Below are positions 43,567-53,292 of a stretch of 64,000 nt of DNA, piece by piece. Made by a program: the position numbers and the translations under genes. The stretch lies in NCBI GenBank assembly GCA_964347635.1, contig CAYFZI010000005.1, positions 4,613 to 68,612 of the forward strand. The letters are read 5' to 3'. The stretch's first letter is position 1. Each line of letters begins with the position of its first letter. The DNA comes from an uncultured Dehalococcoidia bacterium. GTDB taxonomy: Bacteria; Chloroflexota; Dehalococcoidia; Bin125. The notes beneath the pieces are model-generated. The model did not search any database and was not told the DNA's origin. It saw only the letters and a program-made list of their open reading frames with translations.

Positions 43567-44751
43567 ATGGAACTGCGATTTTCTGAGGCCGAAGAAACGC
43601 TGCGCAGCGATGTGCGCAGCTTCCTGCTCGACAACATCCCCGAGCTGGATGGACCGGCCGGCCCCGGCGGCTCGGGCGAAAGCTCCGAGGACGACTTTGA
43701 GAAGTCCAAGGCGTTCAACACCAAGCTCGCCGAGCGCGGCTGGATCGCCCCCGCCTGGCCGACCGAATACGGCGGCCTCGGCGCTTCGATCACCGAGCAG
43801 ATGGTCTTCAATGAGGAGTTCGGCTACCACGGCGCGCCCGACACCGGTACGCGCGGGTTCGGCGTCGGCATGATCGGCCCGACCCTGATCATCCACGGCA
43901 ACGACGAGCAGAAGGCCGAATACCTGCCCAAGATCACCAGCGGCGAGCACATCTGGTGCCAGGGCTACTCCGAGCCCGGCTCCGGCTCCGACCTCGCCTC
44001 GCTGCAGACCCGCGCCGTGCGCGACGGCGACGACTACATCATCAACGGCCAGAAAATCTGGACCTCCGGCGGCCACCGCGCCAACCAGATGTTCTGCCTC
44101 GTGCGCACCGACCCCGATGCGCCCAAGCACCGCGGCATCTCCTTCCTGCTGATCGACGACATCAAAAACACGCCCGGCCTCTCGGTGCGGCCGCTGATCA
44201 ACATGGCCAGCCGCCACCACTTCAACGAGGTCTTCTTCGAGGATGTGCGCGTGCCCGCGCGCAACCTGATCGGCGAGGAGAACCGCGGCTGGTACGTGGG
44301 TATGACGCTGCTCGATTTCGAGCGCTCCGGAATCGGCACGACGGCCGGCCAGCGCCGCACGCTCGAGCAGATGAGCGCATACCTGCAGAACGGCGGCTCC
44401 GCCAAGCGCGCCGACTACCGCCTCGGCCTGGCCGACCTCGTGATCGCCAACAACGTCGCCAAGTACCTCGGCTACCGCATCGGCCACATCCAGGCCAGCG
44501 GCCAGGTGCCCAACTACGAGGCCTCCGTCATCAAAATCTTCCAGTCCGAGCTGGGCCAGAAGATCTACAACTACGGGATCAAAATGCTCGGCCTCTCCGG
44601 CCAGCTGATCCCCGAAGAGCCGACCGCCCCCTGGTCCGGCGACATGCCCGAGCAGTACCTGCTTGCCGTACCCAGCACGATCTACAGCGGCACCAACGAA
44701 ATCCAGCGCAACATCATCGCCACCCGCGGCCTCGGCCTCCCGCGCGCCTGA
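43567..44751 (+). CDS. Acyl-CoA dehydrogenase family protein
   Basis: WCQGYSEPGSGSDLASL, INGQKIWTS, HFNEVFFEDV, IYSGTNEIQRNII. Confidence 0.94.
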   Translation: MELRFSEAEETLRSDVRSFLLDNIPELDGPAGPGGSGESSEDDFEKSKAFNTKLAERGWIAPAWPTEYGGLGASITEQMVFNEEFGYHGAPDTGTRGFGVGMIGPTLIIHGNDEQKAEYLPKITSGEHIWCQGYSEPGSGSDLASLQTRAVRDGDDYIINGQKIWTSGGHRANQMFCLVRTDPDAPKHRGISFLLIDDIKNTPGLSVRPLINMASRHHFNEVFFEDVRVPARNLIGEENRGWYVGMTLLDFERSGIGTTAGQRRTLEQMSAYLQNGGSAKRADYRLGLADLVIANNVAKYLGYRIGHIQASGQVPNYEASVIKIFQSELGQKIYNYGIKMLGLSGQLIPEEPTAPWSGDMPEQYLLAVPSTIYSGTNEIQRNIIATRGLGLPRA

Positions 44752-44783
44752 GCTGGGCCCGTTGCGTGCCCCTCCGTGCGGCC

Positions 44784-45962
44784 ATGCTCGGCCTGAGCAT
44801 GGCCATCGCGGTGGGGCTGGCTGGATGCGCCGGCCAGTCAGCTGGCGTCGAGACTTCGTCCGGCGGCGGCTCCAAGATACAGACATCGGAACCCGCCGCC
44901 GGGCGGCTTGAAGACGCCGTCGTGCAGCTACAGGCCATAGCGGCCGCGCTCGACCGCGCATACCATCCTTCTAACGCAGAAGCCGTAGAGCGGTTCGAGC
45001 GGGCGGTTGTGCGGCTCGAGCAAGCTCTGGCCGCGCTCACCCGCTCAGACAACCCCGAATCTGCAGCAGTGCCCCAAGCACCAGCCGTTGACCTTGATCT
45101 CAATGCCCTGCGCGCCCTAACGCTGCTGACTGAGATAGCCGTCGAGCTGGACATCGCCGATTCCCTGCTCGATCTTGGCGCCCAGCACGAACTCGGTGTC
45201 TGGCCGCTCACGGATGAGACGGCAGAGGCAGTGCGGATGGTTCGCCTACATCTGCTCGCGTATAATTCACATTTGCTCCGCCTCCGCGCATCCATCGAGC
45301 CGTTTGGGGCAGCTGAGCCGGCGCAAGAGCTGACAGTGCTGCTCGACCGCCTGTACGAAGAGCTCGAGGTGATACAAGGCGCGATGGGAAATGTGGTGAC
45401 AGCACATGTAGAAAACATCGATGCCGCTCCTGCCTTGCCTGATCTCGATCGGGCGCGCCAGATCCTCGACGAGCTGATGAGCGCCGTCGAAGCATTGATT
45501 CTGCCAGGCGGCGCATCGGCAGCGCTGCCGCTCGTGGATATGCCGTGGCGTGCATTCATCATGCTGGATCACATGTACCACGCAACTATCCACAGCTGCT
45601 TGGCGATGAACTGTACGGGCGACGATCGCTACGGCGCCATGACCTCGCAGGAGCGCACTGCGCTGCGCTACACCGCCAGTGAGATCGAAGTCCTCCTCAG
45701 GCACACGTCGCCCCCCCAACTCGTGGCTGAGCCAGCTTGTCGGACGGCGAGGCTATGGGCGCGTCCGGTGTTTCAAGGCGCTGTGCAGTGGTGGCTCGTG
45801 AGTTCGTGGGAAAGGATGCGCCACTGGCAGCACGGGGGCGTCCCGGAGCTGCAGGATCTGCCAGTCGCGCATCAACCAGAGCGTGCGCATTTGCTAGGCG
45901 CCATCGAATCCTTCCGCGAATTGACGATAGATTGCATCAGTCGAGCCGCAGCGGTAAGGTAG
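44784..45962 (+). CDS. Hypothetical lipoprotein
   Basis: MLGLSMAIAVGLAGC lipobox; about 390 aa helical-looking ORF, no recognised domain. Confidence 0.6.
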   Translation: MLGLSMAIAVGLAGCAGQSAGVETSSGGGSKIQTSEPAAGRLEDAVVQLQAIAAALDRAYHPSNAEAVERFERAVVRLEQALAALTRSDNPESAAVPQAPAVDLDLNALRALTLLTEIAVELDIADSLLDLGAQHELGVWPLTDETAEAVRMVRLHLLAYNSHLLRLRASIEPFGAAEPAQELTVLLDRLYEELEVIQGAMGNVVTAHVENIDAAPALPDLDRARQILDELMSAVEALILPGGASAALPLVDMPWRAFIMLDHMYHATIHSCLAMNCTGDDRYGAMTSQERTALRYTASEIEVLLRHTSPPQLVAEPACRTARLWARPVFQGAVQWWLVSSWERMRHWQHGGVPELQDLPVAHQPERAHLLGAIESFRELTIDCISRAAAVR

Positions 45963-46101
45963 AAGCTGCGCTGCTGTACGACTCTTACCGAACCTGGATG
46001 CTGGCCTGTGGCTGTACTGCGGATCACTTGGAGGATGGGCGCGCGAGCCGCGTTGACGCAGCGCGCGCCTGAGCGGGGCGAAATGGAAACCGGGTGCGCT
46101 T

Positions 46102-46527
46102 GTGGACATGACGCTGGCGCTGCTCTGCGACGCTGCAAATGTGAGCGAAGAAGGCAAGCTGAACATCCTCGGGGCGTTTGACACGATTAGCGCCGCCTCA
46201 TTCCCCGCGGTGCACCCAATGATGCGGCTTGTGCTGCGCATCAGCGCCAGCCCCGCTGAAGTGGACCGAGAGCGCCACCTCACTGTTCGAGTACTGACAG
46301 CCGATGGCGAAGCCATCGGCGAATTCAACGGCGACTTCGTTGTTCCCAAGCCGCCGCTGCCCGGCAGATCCACAGGGATACAGATGATCATCGACTTCCC
46401 CAATACATCCTACGAGCAGGCCGGTCAGTATGCGTTTCACATCTTGATCGATGAGGACGAGAAGGGTGCGATACCGCTGACCCTTGTGGGAACAGAAACA
46501 ACGACAGGCCACACTGATGAAAGTTGA
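46102..46527 (+). CDS. DUF6941-like hypothetical protein
   Basis: ALLCDAA...EGKLNILGAFD.I....FP and G.Y.F.I.ID pattern. Confidence 0.75.
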   Translation: MDMTLALLCDAANVSEEGKLNILGAFDTISAASFPAVHPMMRLVLRISASPAEVDRERHLTVRVLTADGEAIGEFNGDFVVPKPPLPGRSTGIQMIIDFPNTSYEQAGQYAFHILIDEDEKGAIPLTLVGTETTTGHTDES

Positions 46528-46771
46528 AGTTAAGGTTCGTAAGACAACCGGCGTATTCTCCGACGCCGCTCCGACGGACGCACACCCGTCCACAGGTGCA
46601 GTGCGTATGACCAGTGCGTCGGGAATCCTGAGTCCGTCGCCGGACACAGCGTACTTCTGGACTGAGGAATGGCAGCGGGGCGAGCGGGAGGCGGACGAAG
46701 ACATTCGTGCAGGACGTCTGTCGCCAGTGTTCACGAGAGCCGAAGCGCTGAAATACCTGCGCGAGCTTTAG
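46517..46771 (+). CDS. Putative antitoxin (AbrB/MazE-associated C-terminal motif)
   Basis: AYFWTEEWQRGEREADEDIRAGR motif; overlaps the upstream gene and precedes a toxin-like ORF. Confidence 0.65.
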   Translation: MKVEVKVRKTTGVFSDAAPTDAHPSTGAVRMTSASGILSPSPDTAYFWTEEWQRGEREADEDIRAGRLSPVFTRAEALKYLREL

Positions 46772-46773
46772 TC

Positions 46774-47049
46774 TTGTCGTCGACAGCGCAGTTCACGCCC
46801 CGGTTTGACCGTGCACTGAAGGGTAAGAAAAACGAGCCTGCGCTCTATAAAGCCGTGCTCGACACGGTGGATCAGCTGATGAAAAACCGGAGACACCCAG
46901 GGTTGAGAGCGCACCTCGTCGATCGCAAGGCTAGAATCTGGGAAGCCTATGCATCTTGATCGATCCGGGTGACTTACGAATTGGACGGCGATCACATTGT
47001 CTTCCGCAACAACTGCCGGCACGACATCATCGACAGCGGACAGTGGTGA
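46774..47049 (+). pseudogene. RelE/ParE-like toxin interrupted by an in-frame TGA
   Basis: FTPRFDRALK...HPGLRAH.....IWEAYAS*SIRVTYELDGDHIVFRNNCRHDII; TGA at 46957-46959, and the homology pattern continues in frame. Confidence 0.7.
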
Positions 47050-47079
47050 GCCGACGCACCTCAGAAGCTCGGCTGCAGC

Positions 47080-48021
47080 TTAGAACGTAATCACAAAGCG
47101 CCCCCGCGTGCCGCCCAGCTTGAGGCGGCGGTGCGTCTCCGATGCCTGCTCGGCCGGGTACGCCGTCGCGACCCGCAGCGACACCGCGCCGTCCTCCGCC
47201 TGCCGGCGCAGCTGGTCGAGCAGATCGGCGCGGCGGTCGTAGGTGTAGACCATCGTCACATGGAAGCTGATCCCGCGCTCGCCCGTGCCGCGCCAGCCCC
47301 GCACCGAGGCGAACTGCCCGCCGTCGCGCACCGCGCCGACGGCCAGCTCATTCTGCACCGCGCCGTCGGCCAGCGCGTCGACGCCGTCGGGCATCACCTT
47401 GCGGATCTGCTCAGAGATATCGTCGCCGCGCGGCACGACGATATCCGCCCCGAGCCCGCGCACGAGCTGCTCGTCCTTGGCCGAGGCGTCGCCGATCACT
47501 GTCAGCCCCTCGGCCTTGCCGAGCTGCACCATGTAGCCGCCGTAGCAGCCGGCCGCGCCGGTCACCGCGAGCGTCTGGCCTGGCGCCAGCGCTAGCTGGT
47601 CGAGCGACTGCCGCGCCGTCAGGCCGTTCATCGGCAGCGTCGACGCCTCCGCGTGGCTCGCGCCGGCCGGCGCGCGGCCGACCGCGTCGGCCTTCAGCCC
47701 GATGCTCTCGCGGTACGCCCCCTGGCTGCCGCGCGGCATCACCATCGCCATCACCGCGTCGCCGATCGCGAGCTCCGTTTCGGTGTCCGGGCCGATCTCG
47801 TCGACCACGCCCGCTGCGTCCATGCCTGGAATGTAGGGCGGCGGCCCGGCGGCGCGCAGCGCCTCGGCCCGCGCCCCGCCGCGTACGAAGGTGTCGGTGG
47901 GGTTGACCGTCGCCGCGTGCACGCGCAGCCGCACTTCGCCGGGGCCCGCGTGCACCTCCTCCAGCTCGACCACCTGCAGCGCCTCCGGCCCGCCAAACTC
48001 CATCACGCCAACGCCCCGCAT
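47080..48021 (-). CDS. NADPH:quinone reductase-like MDR-family oxidoreductase
   Basis: [37 protein letters not shown]. Confidence 0.9.
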   Translation of the reverse strand: MRGVGVMEFGGPEALQVVELEEVHAGPGEVRLRVHAATVNPTDTFVRGGARAEALRAAGPPPYIPGMDAAGVVDEIGPDTETELAIGDAVMAMVMPRGSQGAYRESIGLKADAVGRAPAGASHAEASTLPMNGLTARQSLDQLALAPGQTLAVTGAAGCYGGYMVQLGKAEGLTVIGDASAKDEQLVRGLGADIVVPRGDDISEQIRKVMPDGVDALADGAVQNELAVGAVRDGGQFASVRGWRGTGERGISFHVTMVYTYDRRADLLDQLRRQAEDGAVSLRVATAYPAEQASETHRRLKLGGTRGRFVITF

Positions 48022-48164
48022 AGTCAACCTCTTTCCCGCGCTGCGCCGCCCCTGCGGCTGAGGCGCGCCCCCAGAATAAAGGCGGCGCCCGCTCCTGCCT
48101 GCTCGGGCAGTCCTCCCGCTGCCTGCGGCTACCATCGGCGGGAGCGGGAATTGCGAAGCAGCCA

Positions 48165-49142
48165 ATGAAAGAGATCACGATGCCCAAAATCGTCCAGGCA
48201 GTGCCGATAGAAGATGAACTGCACGCGCTGCTCGCCGCCGCCGGCGATGTCACCGTGCTGCCGCCGGGCGCCGACCGCGCCGCGCTGCTCGAGGCGGCCG
48301 CCGGCGCCGACGGCATCCTGCTCAACCCGCTCTTCCGCGTCGACGAGGAACTGCTCGCCGCCGCGCCGTCTCTCAAAGTGGTTGCCACCACCTCGGTCGG
48401 TTACGACGCCTTCGATGTCGACCTGCTCAGCGCGCACGGCGTCGCGCTCTGCAACACTCCCGGCGTGCTCAACGCCGCCGTCGCCGATCTGACTGTGGCG
48501 ATGCTGCTGATCCTCTCGCGCAACCTGGTCGAGTTTGAGCGCTATTCGCGCAGCGGCGGCTGGGGGCGGCGCGAGCCCTACCCAGGCCTCGCGCACGACC
48601 CGGCCGGGCACACCCTGGGCGTGATCGGCTTCGGCCGGATTGGCCGCGAGGTCACCCGCCGCGGGCAGCAGCTCGGCATGCGCACCATCTGGTACGACAT
48701 CTTCGACGATCCGCCCGCCGATGCGCCGACCTCTGAGAAGGTCGAGCTCGATGAGCTGCTCCGCCAGTCCGACTTCGTCAGCGTCCACACCGATCTCAAC
48801 CCCGGTTCGCGGCACATGATCGGCGCGCGCGAGATCGGCCTGATGAAGCCCAGCGCCTACCTGATCAACACCTCGCGCGGCCCCGCTGTCGACCAGCAGG
48901 CGCTCACCGCCGCGCTGCAGTCCAACCAGATCGCCGGCGCTGGCCTCGATGTGCTCGAGCAGGAACCGCCCGCCCCAGACGAGCCGATCGTCAAACTGCC
49001 CAACGTGATCACCTTCCCCCACATCGGCACCGCCACCGAGGAGACGCGCTACGCGATGCGCGAGCTGGCCTGCCAAAACGTCGCCGCCGTCGTCAGCGGC
49101 AAGCGGCCGCCGGCAATCGTCAATCCCTCCGTGCTGGACTAA
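48165..49142 (+). CDS. D-2-hydroxyacid dehydrogenase (glyoxylate/hydroxypyruvate reductase-like)
   Basis: GVIGFGRIG, LINTSRG, GAGLDV...EP, PHIGTAT. Alternative start at 48180. Confidence 0.92.
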   Translation: MKEITMPKIVQAVPIEDELHALLAAAGDVTVLPPGADRAALLEAAAGADGILLNPLFRVDEELLAAAPSLKVVATTSVGYDAFDVDLLSAHGVALCNTPGVLNAAVADLTVAMLLILSRNLVEFERYSRSGGWGRREPYPGLAHDPAGHTLGVIGFGRIGREVTRRGQQLGMRTIWYDIFDDPPADAPTSEKVELDELLRQSDFVSVHTDLNPGSRHMIGAREIGLMKPSAYLINTSRGPAVDQQALTAALQSNQIAGAGLDVLEQEPPAPDEPIVKLPNVITFPHIGTATEETRYAMRELACQNVAAVVSGKRPPAIVNPSVLD

Positions 49143-49194
49143 CTGGTTGGACTGACCGGACTAATTCACGATTCGCAGCGAAACGGAGAACGAT

Positions 49195-50214
49195 GTGGTT
49201 TCCAACAATGCCGACTGGCTGAGCACAACGCGCGAAGCAGCCCTTGACCCGGACCTGCCGATTATCGATCCGCACCACCACCTCTGGGATGCTCGGCCGG
49301 ACGGCCCCCGCAGCCGCTATTTCCTCGATGAGCTGCTCGAAGACACGGCGGATTTCAACGTGCGCCAGACCGTCTTCATCGAATGCAGCGCGATGTACCG
49401 CGCTGAGGGGCCGGAGGCGCTGCGGCCTGTCGGCGAAACTGAATTCGTAGCCGGCGTCGCGGCCCAGAGCGCCAGCGGCCTCTACGGCGATCTGCGCGCC
49501 TGCACCGCAATCGTCGGCCACGCGAACCTCCGCCTCGGCGCCGCTGTGGGTGAAGTGCTCGATGCGCACATGCAGAGCAGTCCGCGTTTCCGCGGCATCC
49601 GCCATCACGGCAGCTGGGACGCCAGCCCCGAGGTGCCCAACTCCCGCCTCGAACCGGGCCCCGGTCTGTTCCTCAACCCCGCCTTCCGCGAAGGCTTCGC
49701 CGAGTTGGCTCCGCGCGGCCTCAGCTTCGAGGGCTGGCTCTACCACCCGCAAATCCCCGAACTGACAGACCTCGCCCGCACCTTTCCCGAGACCACGATC
49801 ATCCTCAACCATCTCGGCGGACCGATCGGCATCGGCCCCTACGCGGGCCGCCGCGGTGAGGTCTTCGTCGCCTGGCGCGAATCGATTGCCGAGCTAGCCG
49901 CCTGCCCCAACGTGGTCGCCAAGGTCGGCGGCATCCAGATGCCGCTCAACGGCTTCGGCTGGGAGCAGCGCGGGACCGCCCCCAGCTCCGACGATCTGCT
50001 CGCCGCCAACCGCCCCTGGTACGAGCACACCATCGAACAGTTCGGCCCGGCCCGCTGCATGTTCGAGAGCAACTTCCCCGTCGACAAGCTCTCCTGCAGC
50101 TACACCGTGCTCTGGAACCAGTTCATCAAGCTCAGCGCCGCCTACAGCGCCGACGAGCGCGCCCAGCTGTTCCACGGCACCGCGCTCCAGGTCTACCGCC
50201 TCGATCCGCACTAA
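49195..50214 (+). CDS. Amidohydrolase_2 family protein
   Basis: IIDPHHHLW, ILNHLGGP, MFESNFPVD. Confidence 0.9.
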   Translation: MVSNNADWLSTTREAALDPDLPIIDPHHHLWDARPDGPRSRYFLDELLEDTADFNVRQTVFIECSAMYRAEGPEALRPVGETEFVAGVAAQSASGLYGDLRACTAIVGHANLRLGAAVGEVLDAHMQSSPRFRGIRHHGSWDASPEVPNSRLEPGPGLFLNPAFREGFAELAPRGLSFEGWLYHPQIPELTDLARTFPETTIILNHLGGPIGIGPYAGRRGEVFVAWRESIAELAACPNVVAKVGGIQMPLNGFGWEQRGTAPSSDDLLAANRPWYEHTIEQFGPARCMFESNFPVDKLSCSYTVLWNQFIKLSAAYSADERAQLFHGTALQVYRLDPH

Positions 50215-50294
50215 GCCGCGCCCCGGCGCTCTCACAAATCGCTAGCATGCTCAGCGTCCGCGTGCCTCTCGCGGGCAGAACAGAAGGGCGAGGG

Positions 50295-52163
50295 ATGTCT
50301 ACAGCGAACTACTGGGAACGATTGCGCAGCCGCGGCCTGAGCCGCCGTGCCCTGCTCCGTGCATCGGCCCGCGCCGGCGTCGGCGCCGCCGGCCTCGCGC
50401 TGGTCGGCTGCGGCGACGACGATGACGACGACGCTCCCGCGGCCGCTGCGCAGGCCGATCAGCAGCAGCAACAGCAGGCTCAGCCGGCCCGCCAACAGCA
50501 GCAGCAAGCGCAGCCCCAGCAGCAGGCGCAGGATGAACCTCAGGCCGAGCAGCAGGCGCAGCAGCAGGAGCAGCAGGAAGCGCCGGCCGATCAAGAACAG
50601 CAGACCGTCGCCGCCGGCGAAATCGATTACAACGCCACAGCGATTGGCGCCTACGGCGCGTTCCCGCAGATCCTCGATCAGGGCAGCGCGCTGGCGCGCG
50701 GCGGCCAGTCGGCCTCCAACAACTACCACTTCGCCGCCGTCTTCCCGCTCGACAATAAAGGCAGCGCGGTTCCCGGCGGCCTCGCCGAGTGGGAGTTCGT
50801 CGGCGAGGAAGCGCTGATCGTGACGGTCAGCGACGGCCGCGTCTTCCATAACGGCGAGCCGATCACCGCGGAGGATGTGAAGTTCACGATCGACCGCCTG
50901 ACCAACAAGGCCGAATACAATCCCGAGTACAGCTCGGCCTGGACCGGCGAGCTCAGCTGGACCGGCGACAACGAGCTGATCGACGCCAGCACGCTGCGCA
51001 TTGACCAGGCTGCTCCGAGCGTCGACGCCGCCAATAGCCTCGCCGTCGGCGGCTTCCCCGTCTTCCCCAAGGCGTACATCGAAGAGGTTGGCGACGAGGC
51101 CTACGGTCAGTTCCCGATCGCCACCGGTGCGTTCAAATTCGTCGAGTGGGCGCCCGACGAGCGGATCGTCAGCGTGCGCAACGACGACTTCTATAACGGA
51201 TACGACTACAACTACGCGCCGCACATTCCGTACCTGGCCGGTTTCGAGGCGCGCCTGATTCCCGAGATCGGCGCCCGCGTCTCGGCCCTCGAGGCCGGCG
51301 AGATTGACGTCGCCATGGCGATCCCGCCCGACCTCGCCGTCCCCCTCGGCGAGTCCGAGGACTTCAACGTGTTCTATCACCCCGCCCAGCGCGGCCTGCA
51401 CATCAAGCTGCCGATGACGATCGAGGAGGACCCCTACAACCCCGGCCAGCCCAACCCCTGGCGCGACAAGCGCGTCCGCATCGCCGCCAACCTTGCTGTC
51501 GATGTCGACGCGATTACGCAGAACATCATGACCGGCCGCGAGAACTACACATATACGCTTTCGACCGGCCAGTTCGGCTTCCCCGAGGGGCTGCAGGAGC
51601 AGCGCTGGGGCTACGATCCCGAGGAAGCGAGGCGACTGCTCGCCGAGGCCGGCTACGCCGACGGCCTCGAGACCGACCTGATCTACCTCAGCGGCCTCTA
51701 CACCAACGACCAGCTGTTCATGGAGGCGATCGCCGAGATGCTGCGCGAGGTCGGGTTCATTATCAACCTGATCCCCGAGGATATCTCCAAGTTCCTCGGC
51801 GAAGCCCGCGACAAGGTGCTGACCGCGCCCTATCTGTTCCCGCAGTCCGCCGGCTTCACCTCGCTCGGATCCTTCGCGATCTCTGTCGACAGCGCCGGCA
51901 CCTACGAGCACAAAGTCGAGGTGCTCTCCGACGAGCGCGCCGAGGCCGACCGCTTGATCGCGGAGGCGAAGACCGAGTTCGATCCGGACAGGCGCGCCGA
52001 ACTGCTTGGTGAAGTAGTCCGCATTCACTACCTTGAAGCCTCGTGGATCTTCCTCTTCGAGCTCGTGCAGACCCATGTCGCCGCTTCGCGGCTGGAATGG
52101 GATCCGTACTTCCTGCAGCCGCCCTCCGTCGAGCTGTGGAATCTGAAGAGCGTGAAGACCTAG
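50295..52163 (+). CDS. ABC transporter substrate-binding protein, family 5 (Tat lipoprotein)
   Basis: SRRALL twin-Arg, LVGC lipobox, FHNGEPITAEDVKFT, ATGAFKF, DKRVRIA, YDPEEARRLLAEAGY. Confidence 0.92.
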   Translation: MSTANYWERLRSRGLSRRALLRASARAGVGAAGLALVGCGDDDDDDAPAAAAQADQQQQQQAQPARQQQQQAQPQQQAQDEPQAEQQAQQQEQQEAPADQEQQTVAAGEIDYNATAIGAYGAFPQILDQGSALARGGQSASNNYHFAAVFPLDNKGSAVPGGLAEWEFVGEEALIVTVSDGRVFHNGEPITAEDVKFTIDRLTNKAEYNPEYSSAWTGELSWTGDNELIDASTLRIDQAAPSVDAANSLAVGGFPVFPKAYIEEVGDEAYGQFPIATGAFKFVEWAPDERIVSVRNDDFYNGYDYNYAPHIPYLAGFEARLIPEIGARVSALEAGEIDVAMAIPPDLAVPLGESEDFNVFYHPAQRGLHIKLPMTIEEDPYNPGQPNPWRDKRVRIAANLAVDVDAITQNIMTGRENYTYTLSTGQFGFPEGLQEQRWGYDPEEARRLLAEAGYADGLETDLIYLSGLYTNDQLFMEAIAEMLREVGFIINLIPEDISKFLGEARDKVLTAPYLFPQSAGFTSLGSFAISVDSAGTYEHKVEVLSDERAEADRLIAEAKTEFDPDRRAELLGEVVRIHYLEASWIFLFELVQTHVAASRLEWDPYFLQPPSVELWNLKSVKT

Positions 52164-52203
52164 CGGGGTGCTGAAAAGCCCTCCATGCAGACAGGCGGAC
52201 CAG

Positions 52204-52286
52204 TCTCCCCTCTCCGCCCGCTTGCGGGAGGGATGCCGTGGTTCCCGTTCCTTCTTTCCTCCCCACACACTTGTGCGTGGGGAGGA
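52204..52286. repeat. REP-like hairpin cluster between SBP and permease
   Basis: CCCGC-TT-GCGGG (52217-52228) and TCCTCCCCAC..GTGGGGAGGA (52257-52286). Confidence 0.5.
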
Positions 52287-52365
52287 GAGTGATGGAGGAG
52301 GGCAGCCCCTTGCCGGCCCGCTCCCGCGGGCCGTAGCAGCATCGCGGGGGACCCAGGAAACGTAG

Positions 52366-53292
52366 ATGATCGCGCACCTCGTCCCCCGCCTGCTGCAATC
52401 GATTGCAGTCGTCTTCGTTGTCGTCTCGCTCGTCTTCGTCGGCACCCGCCTGATTGGCGACCCGGTCTCCGCCTTTGCCGCACGGAACGCCACGCCGGAG
52501 TCGATCGAGGCGGCGAAGGAGCAGCTCGGCCTGCTCGACCCGCTGATCGTGCAGTACGGCAACTTTCTCGCCAGCGTTGTGCAGCTCGATTTCGGCGACT
52601 CGATCTACACCAAGCAGCCGGCATGGGATGAGGTGGCGGCGCGGCTCTGGGCCACAGTCCAGCTGAGCATCGCGGCGTTCGTGCTGATCCTCGCGATCGG
52701 GGTGCCGATCGGAATGCTCGCCGCGGTGCGGCGCGGCAGCGTGCCCGACCTGCTCGCGCGGCTGCTCGCGCTGATCGGCCAGGCGATGCCCAACTTCTGG
52801 CTCGGCCTGCTGCTGATCTTCATCTTCGCGGTGCGGCTCGAATGGCTGCCCACCAGCGGGCGCGGCGGCTTCGAGCACCTGATTCTCCCTGCGATCACCC
52901 TGGCCGGCTTCGGCGCCGCCGCAGCCATGCGGCTGACCCGCTCAGGAATGCTGGATGTGCTCAGCAACGACTACATCCGCACCGCCCACGCCAAAGGCCT
53001 CACCGGCCGCACCGTGATCGTGCGGCACGCGCTGCGCAACGCGCTGCTGCCGCTGATCACGGTGCTCGGGATCATGCTCGCGCAGCTGCTGGCCGGCTCA
53101 ATCATCGTCGAGGTCGTCTTCGCCTGGCCCGGCATCGGGCGGCTCGTCTTCCGCTCGATCAGCCTGCGCGACTTCACCGTCATCCAGGTCGGCGTGCTCG
53201 TCATCGCCGTTTGGTTCGTCGTGATTAACATCCTCGTCGATATCTCCTACAACTTCCTCGATCCGCGCATCCGCGTCGGCGCAAGCGAATGA
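52366..53292 (+). CDS. ABC transporter permease (DppB type)
   Basis: GDP, LGL.DPL.VQY, PNFWLG, DYIRTA.AKGL, WPGIG, DPRIR. Confidence 0.93.
   Translation: MIAHLVPRLLQSIAVVFVVVSLVFVGTRLIGDPVSAFAARNATPESIEAAKEQLGLLDPLIVQYGNFLASVVQLDFGDSIYTKQPAWDEVAARLWATVQLSIAAFVLILAIGVPIGMLAAVRRGSVPDLLARLLALIGQAMPNFWLGLLLIFIFAVRLEWLPTSGRGGFEHLILPAITLAGFGAAAAMRLTRSGMLDVLSNDYIRTAHAKGLTGRTVIVRHALRNALLPLITVLGIMLAQLLAGSIIVEVVFAWPGIGRLVFRSISLRDFTVIQVGVLVIAVWFVVINILVDISYNFLDPRIRVGASE

Noticed and set aside
46957-47010. Selenocysteine recoding of the in-frame TGA
   Set aside because: Not a Cys-equivalent redox position in a RelE-like fold, and no convincing SECIS hairpin follows.
43500-48200. Integrative element at tRNA-Gly(CCC)
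   Set aside because: No integrase and no duplicated tRNA 3' end found by eye; the next gene is a typical acyl-CoA dehydrogenase.
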